Source: Candidatus Hydrogenedentota bacterium
GTDB taxonomy: Bacteria; Hydrogenedentota; Hydrogenedentia; Hydrogenedentales; SLHB01
Reading direction: 5' to 3'
Length of the DNA: 64,000 nt
NCBI GenBank assembly: GCA_963674865.2
Contig: CAXXYE010000009.1
Coordinates: 768,001 to 832,000, forward strand
Part shown: positions 59,318-64,000 of the stretch, piece by piece
How the letters are laid out: each line of letters begins with the position of its first letter
Numbering within the stretch: the stretch's first letter is position 1
Made by a program: the position numbers and the translations under genes
Notes under the pieces: model-generated
What the model was told of the DNA's origin: nothing
Databases searched by the model: none
The model's input: only the letters and a program-made list of their open reading frames with translations

Positions 59318-60490
59318 ATGACGCCGCGCAGGCGGGCACTCTGGGGCGTGTGCGCCTCAGTCCTGTTTCTGGCAGCCATCGCGCTTTTTCGGTGCCTGCA
59401 CCCGCTGAAAAAACCACCTGAATTCGCGCCTGAGCCTCCTATACCTGATGTCGATCGGCCCGGTGTAAGCGTGCCGGCCGAGGAGAAGCCCCAGGCAGTG
59501 ACGGTGTTGGGTGAGCCCGTCGTGACAGATCCGAACCAGGTAGATCTGTTCGCCGAATTGGAGGGGTCGGATGATCCCGCCTATCGCCGCTACTTGCTCC
59601 AGCGCCTGCTGGAGAATGTCACGTCCCTCGAAGATCTGGAGAGCACAGGCTTTCCACAAGTCCTGGCCACGTGGGGAAAGACTCGGGCGTTCGAGGCGCT
59701 TCGGGCTATTGCAGATTCCGGACAGGGATGGGCAAGGGAGTATCTAGTCGGGTTGCTTGACACACCAAACGTGGACGGTAAGCCCCCTGCTTGCCGGGAG
59801 GCCGCAGCCACGGTACTTGTTCTCTTGGATGAGTCGTGGGCGTATGAGGCACTGCACGCTATGGTGCTCAGGCGGGTGGAGGCTGGCGAAGATCCCGAGT
59901 GTGTTAGCAGGTCGGCCGAGGTGGGGCGTTTGCTGTGGGACATGGGATACGCCGGGACGGCATCTGCCAAGAAGCTTTTCGCCGAATTCGCTGGCCCGAA
60001 GAAGCTGCCTTTGTCTGGAAGCGATACGGCGTCGTTTCGGGAAGTGAGGGAGCTGTGTACCATCTCGGACGACGCGGAATACGCGCGCATGCTGGACCAC
60101 GCGCTGTACGACCTCTCGCCGTTCGAGGTCAAGAATCTTGTCCGTTCAGCCATGAGACTTCCCGACGGCGTCAATGCCACACGGATGCCTTCCTCCTTGC
60201 TGCAAGATATGGCGCGTTCTGCCGATACGGAGACGGAGCTGGCAATGATGGATGTTCTCCGAGAGCAGGTCGAGAACTACGGAAGCAACGGTGCGAACTG
60301 GGCTACGAACATTACGGCCATGAGCGCTTTGCTTGACGAAGGCCTAAATAGCGACGATCTCGAGGTCCGTCAAGCGGCGGAGGGAGTCCAGGCGCTCATT
60401 GCGGGGGCGACGGATGCCGAGGACCTTCAGCGTAGCATTGCTGAAGATATCTCCTGGCTTCGGGAACTGATCCCGCGGGTGGCGGAATGA
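59318..60490 (+). CDS. Hypothetical membrane-anchored helical (HEAT-like) protein
   Basis: AAGGAGG SD; N-terminal TM, Pro-rich linker; HEAT-like segments (CREAAATVL, LNSDDLEVRQAA). Confidence 0.65.
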   Translation: MTPRRRALWGVCASVLFLAAIALFRCLHPLKKPPEFAPEPPIPDVDRPGVSVPAEEKPQAVTVLGEPVVTDPNQVDLFAELEGSDDPAYRRYLLQRLLENVTSLEDLESTGFPQVLATWGKTRAFEALRAIADSGQGWAREYLVGLLDTPNVDGKPPACREAAATVLVLLDESWAYEALHAMVLRRVEAGEDPECVSRSAEVGRLLWDMGYAGTASAKKLFAEFAGPKKLPLSGSDTASFREVRELCTISDDAEYARMLDHALYDLSPFEVKNLVRSAMRLPDGVNATRMPSSLLQDMARSADTETELAMMDVLREQVENYGSNGANWATNITAMSALLDEGLNSDDLEVRQAAEGVQALIAGATDAEDLQRSIAEDISWLRELIPRVAE

Positions 60491-60521
60491 AGGCATGTAC
60501 TGGGACATACGAGGTAGATTG

Positions 60522-61676
60522 ATGAAGGCACGGTTTATATGGGCAATCACGCTTGCGGCGGTGGTTCTGCTGAGTGTCTTGGTCGTGGTTCCCATACTGA
60601 AACGACATCTTGCTGAGTCCAGCAGGGAGAGGGGGCAGGGCGGGCTTTCCGCATCGAATGTCTCCCTGGCTGATGAGAAGATGCAGGGGAAGGTCACAGA
60701 AGCTGACACCGCGTCACAGGACATCGAACGGCCATTGGCTGCGCCGGCCCTGCCTACGATGATGATTTCCCGAGACAGCATTGACGCTGAGGCGATAGAA
60801 GCGCTCCGGGAGAGGATAGTAGACGATCTCATAGTGCGGCTGCGCACAGGAGATCTGTCTATACTCGAACTTAAACGCATGGCAGACGACCTGCGGCTTT
60901 GCCTGGAGGATGAACGCGGGCGGGCTGCCTTCGAGTACTTCGTGAACGAGTTGTCCCAGGGCGGCCCCGCGGGGCAATACCGTCTGGAATATGCTATGCG
61001 CGCTGCCGTCAAGGCCAACTATGAGTTCGCCAAGGACTTCACGCTTCGTGCGGCTGATGCACATGACTGGGAAGTGCTCAGCGCGGGCATTTGTGGCTTC
61101 AAGTTGAGAAGAACGGCGAGGGTTGATGATCCAGAGGCCCTCAAACGCCTGCTAACAGAGCTTGTTGAGAAGGCCATAGCCTCCGGAGATCCCGGCGCCG
61201 AGTATGCGGGGGTCCGCACAATGTGGGAAAATGAGTCTACGCGATATCCAACAGTGGACAGAAAGGACTGTGAGCGGTTACTCATGCCTTTGCTCCGCGA
61301 GGGATCGGGCGACAGTCATGTTGATCGGTGGGTACTTCAGGCGGCGTTCGAGAATGGCCTGATGGACTCAGACGAAGCATTCGAAGCGGTTGTCGAGTGG
61401 GGCCTGAGTAATGAGAGCGCCGATATCCGGCTTCTGGCACAACGGACATGGCAGGGATCTCTGCGGCAATCCGGCTGGCGCGGGGAGTCACCGGCGGAAC
61501 GCGTTCGCGTGACATTGGAAGTGCTGGCTACGGAGTTGGAGGGGATCACACTTGCTCTCGACGACTCGGATGCGCTCGTCCGTCTCGATGCATCGTCCAG
61601 ATATGACGCGCTGCAGGACCAACTCGAGTCCGTACCGGAGATGGTCAATAAGCCAGACGCCTTGACATACCACTGA
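60522..61676 (+). CDS. Hypothetical membrane-anchored helical (HEAT-like) protein
   Basis: GAGG SD before MKARFIW; N-terminal TM; HEAT-like segments (GLSNESADIRLLA, ALDDSDALVRLDA). Confidence 0.65.
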   Translation: MKARFIWAITLAAVVLLSVLVVVPILKRHLAESSRERGQGGLSASNVSLADEKMQGKVTEADTASQDIERPLAAPALPTMMISRDSIDAEAIEALRERIVDDLIVRLRTGDLSILELKRMADDLRLCLEDERGRAAFEYFVNELSQGGPAGQYRLEYAMRAAVKANYEFAKDFTLRAADAHDWEVLSAGICGFKLRRTARVDDPEALKRLLTELVEKAIASGDPGAEYAGVRTMWENESTRYPTVDRKDCERLLMPLLREGSGDSHVDRWVLQAAFENGLMDSDEAFEAVVEWGLSNESADIRLLAQRTWQGSLRQSGWRGESPAERVRVTLEVLATELEGITLALDDSDALVRLDASSRYDALQDQLESVPEMVNKPDALTYH

Positions 61677-61730
61677 TTCGGTTTTGCGCCTTCCGTCCGA
61701 GCGCTTTCGAGGCCGAACTTATGCGCCGTA

Positions 61731-61759
61731 TTGACATGTCCAAACACAGGCCATAGACT
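61731..61759 (+). promoter_or_regulatory. Sigma70-type promoter
   Basis: TTGACA-N17-TAGACT. Confidence 0.7.
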
Positions 61760-61800
61760 TACTTCACGCCCATACGGGGAGACGGTACGGGAGGAAGACG

Positions 61801-62133
61801 ATGAGCGAAGAGCAATTCTCTAATGTCCAGTCGCCGCAGCCGCCTTATGCGCCGCCGCAATCGGGCGGCAGCGGCCTGGCCACGACAAGCCTGGTGCTCG
61901 GTATTCTATCGTACTTGTGCTGCGGGCCGGTGTGCGGCATTCCCGCGATTATTACGGGGCATATTGCCCTCGGCAAGGTGAGGCGTGGGGAGTCTCCGCC
62001 GAGCGCCAAAGGGCTTGCCATCGCCGGACTCGTGCTGGGATACGTCAACCTTGCCGTTACCGCTGGCATCTTCCTGTTCTACCTCGTTTTCGGCGGTTTG
62101 GCCGCGATCGCTCCATTCATCTATCAGACGTAG
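61801..62133 (+). CDS. DUF4190 family small membrane protein
   Basis: Pro/Gln-rich N-terminus; LA..SLVLGILS, G..AII.GH.AL, GLAIAGL.LGY; GGAGG SD. Confidence 0.88.
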   Translation: MSEEQFSNVQSPQPPYAPPQSGGSGLATTSLVLGILSYLCCGPVCGIPAIITGHIALGKVRRGESPPSAKGLAIAGLVLGYVNLAVTAGIFLFYLVFGGLAAIAPFIYQT

Positions 62134-62339
62134 CGTTGTGCTTCTGAGGCCGCGGCTGCGGTGTGCCCCGGCGGCCGGATTGCCAATTGTGCCGCGTCCC
62201 AAGTCATTGGGAATAATGACACTGTCCAAATGGCCGGCCTCACGCATCTGGCGAGTCGCCTTGGGAAGATGACGCCGCATCCAAGCACCGTGTGCGCGGT
62301 GCGGTCGAGTTATCCGGCGATTGCGAGTGTGCGTTCCTC

Positions 62340-62368
62340 TTGACAGCGCGCGCCCGCAAAGGCAAACT
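62340..62368 (+). promoter_or_regulatory. Sigma70-type promoter
   Basis: TTGACA-N17-CAAACT. Confidence 0.5.
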
Positions 62369-62434
62369 AGTCAATGCACCGTGATGGGGTCCAACGAAGC
62401 GCTGGTGTTCCGGAAGGAGAAAGGACGGGGAATT

Positions 62435-62815
62435 ATGACGGACGAGCAAGGACCGATCGAGGAAGAGCAGGTCGAGGCCGCGGCGGGTGAGGCGCCGAGC
62501 AAGGACGCGTGCACGATGGCCATGCTGGCCCATCTGCTGGGGATCGTTCTTGGGTTCATCGGCCCCCTCATTATATGGCTGATCAAGAAAGACGAGCATG
62601 CCTTCGTCGACGACCAGGGCAAGGAGGCGCTCAACTTCCAGCTCACGCTGTTGATTGGCTGGATTGTGGCTTTTGTGCTCTCGTTTTTCTGCATTGGGTT
62701 TCTCCTGTACCCGCTGCTGCTTTTGGCCGCCGTCATCTTCTCGATCCTGGGCGGCGTGAAGGCCAACGGCGGCGAGGCGTATCGCTACCCGTGGTCGATC
62801 AAGTTCATTAAGTAG
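62435..62815 (+). CDS. DUF4870 family membrane protein
   Basis: AMLAHL, GPLIIWL.KKD...FVD.QGKEALNFQ, KAN.G..YRYP..I.FIK. Confidence 0.9.
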   Translation: MTDEQGPIEEEQVEAAAGEAPSKDACTMAMLAHLLGIVLGFIGPLIIWLIKKDEHAFVDDQGKEALNFQLTLLIGWIVAFVLSFFCIGFLLYPLLLLAAVIFSILGGVKANGGEAYRYPWSIKFIK

Positions 62816-62831
62816 GGCGAAGTCATATCCG

Positions 62832-62868
62832 GACGCAGGGAAAGACGCTAAGGCTTCCCTGCGTCTTT
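62832..62868 (+). terminator. Intrinsic terminator
   Basis: GACGCAGGGAA...TTCCCTGCGTC 11-bp stem followed by TTT. Confidence 0.75.
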
Positions 62869-62905
62869 CGCATTATTACAAAGGTTGGAACTTCCAGAGA
62901 GTCTG

Positions 62906-64000
62906 ATGGCATTCAGCGACAATTTCTCAAATCCACCACGCGAGTTCACCGTTATTCCGTTCTGGTTTCTAAACGATGATCTGAATGACGAGGAACTCCG
63001 CCGCCAGATCGATGACTTCGCTGCCCACGGCGTTTACGGATTCATCCCGCACGCGCGCTTGGGCCTGCCGTCGTCGATTCCGTTCATGTCGGAGCGCTGG
63101 CTGCACTTCATCCGCGTCTGCGTCGAGCATGCCGCTGAGAAGCAGATGCTGGTGTATCTCTACGATGAGGGGATGTATCCCTCCGGGTCGTGTGCGGGCC
63201 AGGTGGCCGCGGCCAATCCGCGTTATGCCACCCGGTGTCTCGAGCGCCAGGCGCTGGGCGCGGGCGTCGGCCAGGATGAGGAGGTGGTCGCGGAGGACGA
63301 GCATTGGGCCTACGTGCACCGGCGTTCCATGGGCCGCATCCGCGGCGTCCACTTCGGCACGGATGATGGCGAAGCCGGCGCCCCACTCTCCGCCGATCTC
63401 CTGAATCCCGAATCCGTCGATTGCTTCCTTCACCTCGTGTGCGATGGGTACTACGCCGCGCTTGAAAGACACTTCGGCACGACGGTTCGCGGCATCTTCA
63501 CCGATGAGCCGGATCTGCTCGGACGGGGCTCCCTGGGCGATGTCCGCCCCTGGACTTGGGGCCTGGAAGGGTTCCTGGAGGATGCTCTCGGCTACGATTT
63601 CCGCCCTCACCTGGGCGCCTTGTGGGATGAAGCGTGTCCGGACGCGGCGCGCTACCGCGCCGATTTCGAGCGGGCCGTCAATCGCCGTCTCCTGGATGCC
63701 TACTATGCGCGCTACGGCGCGTGGTGCGAGGCGCATGGCGTGGCGCTCACCGGACATCCGGCCAAGGCCGGCGACCTCGCCGCGCTCGCGCATTTCCAAC
63801 TGCCCGGCCAGGATATCGTCTGGCGCTGGATCGAGCCTTACAAGCCAAACGCCCTCGAAGGCGAGCAGTCCACCACGGCCAAATGCGCGCTTTCGGCCCA
63901 GCGGCATTACGGCCGCGCCCGCAACGCCGTCGAGTGCTTCGGGGCCTACGGGTGGGAGTTCACCTACGACGAGATGCGCTGGTTGACGAACTGGATGCTC
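62906..64000 (+). CDS. GH106 (alpha-L-rhamnosidase)-like glycoside hydrolase, 5' part; runs off the window and is not in the ORF track
   Basis: Manual translation MAFSDNFSNPPREFTVIPFWFLND...PHARLGL...YLYDEGMYPSG...GIFTDEP...ECFGAYGW; open to 64000. Confidence 0.8.
   Translation, partial: MAFSDNFSNPPREFTVIPFWFLNDDLNDEELRRQIDDFAAHGVYGFIPHARLGLPSSIPFMSERWLHFIRVCVEHAAEKQMLVYLYDEGMYPSGSCAGQVAAANPRYATRCLERQALGAGVGQDEEVVAEDEHWAYVHRRSMGRIRGVHFGTDDGEAGAPLSADLLNPESVDCFLHLVCDGYYAALERHFGTTVRGIFTDEPDLLGRGSLGDVRPWTWGLEGFLEDALGYDFRPHLGALWDEACPDAARYRADFERAVNRRLLDAYYARYGAWCEAHGVALTGHPAKAGDLAALAHFQLPGQDIVWRWIEPYKPNALEGEQSTTAKCALSAQRHYGRARNAVECFGAYGWEFTYDEMRWLTNWML

Noticed and set aside
62133..62339. Possible sigma54 promoter or small gene in the DUF4190-DUF4870 intergenic region
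   Set aside because: The GGCAC-containing motifs lack correct -24/-12 spacing, and the short ORFs lack SD or recognisable motifs.

Overview
GC-rich bacterial chromosomal window with about 45 protein-coding genes. I found no rRNA, tRNA, CRISPR array or intact mobile element. The PASTA-domain lipoprotein, membrane-spanning ECF sigma factor and carboxypeptidase-regulatory-like repeat proteins suggest a Candidatus Hydrogenedentes/PVC-like organism (inference only). Housekeeping genes: groES-groEL and xseA-xseB-ispA. Transport: a two-ATPase/two-permease ABC exporter, a GldA/F/G-like ABC system with DUF4340, and a TetR-controlled MacAB-like system. Other genes include NiSOD (sodN), carbohydrate-active enzymes, an AmmeMemo B-A fusion and two radical SAM enzymes. 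Top candidates for undescribed biology: (1) an unannotated ~135-nt structured RNA with its own near-consensus sigma70 promoter (9564-9700, minus strand), directly upstream of a sigma54-type promoter and a 59-aa zinc-finger microprotein missed by the ORF track; (2) a membrane-anchored Memo-AMMECR1 fusion cotranscribed with a 1315-aa spermidine-synthase-like/flavinylated FMN-binding/NapH-like FeS membrane protein; (3) a radical SAM/aminotransferase/flippase/GT-C/B12-radical SAM cluster. Two genes have single-base frameshifts in C homopolymer runs, which are probably sequencing errors. All calls come from motif recognition by eye; no searches were run.
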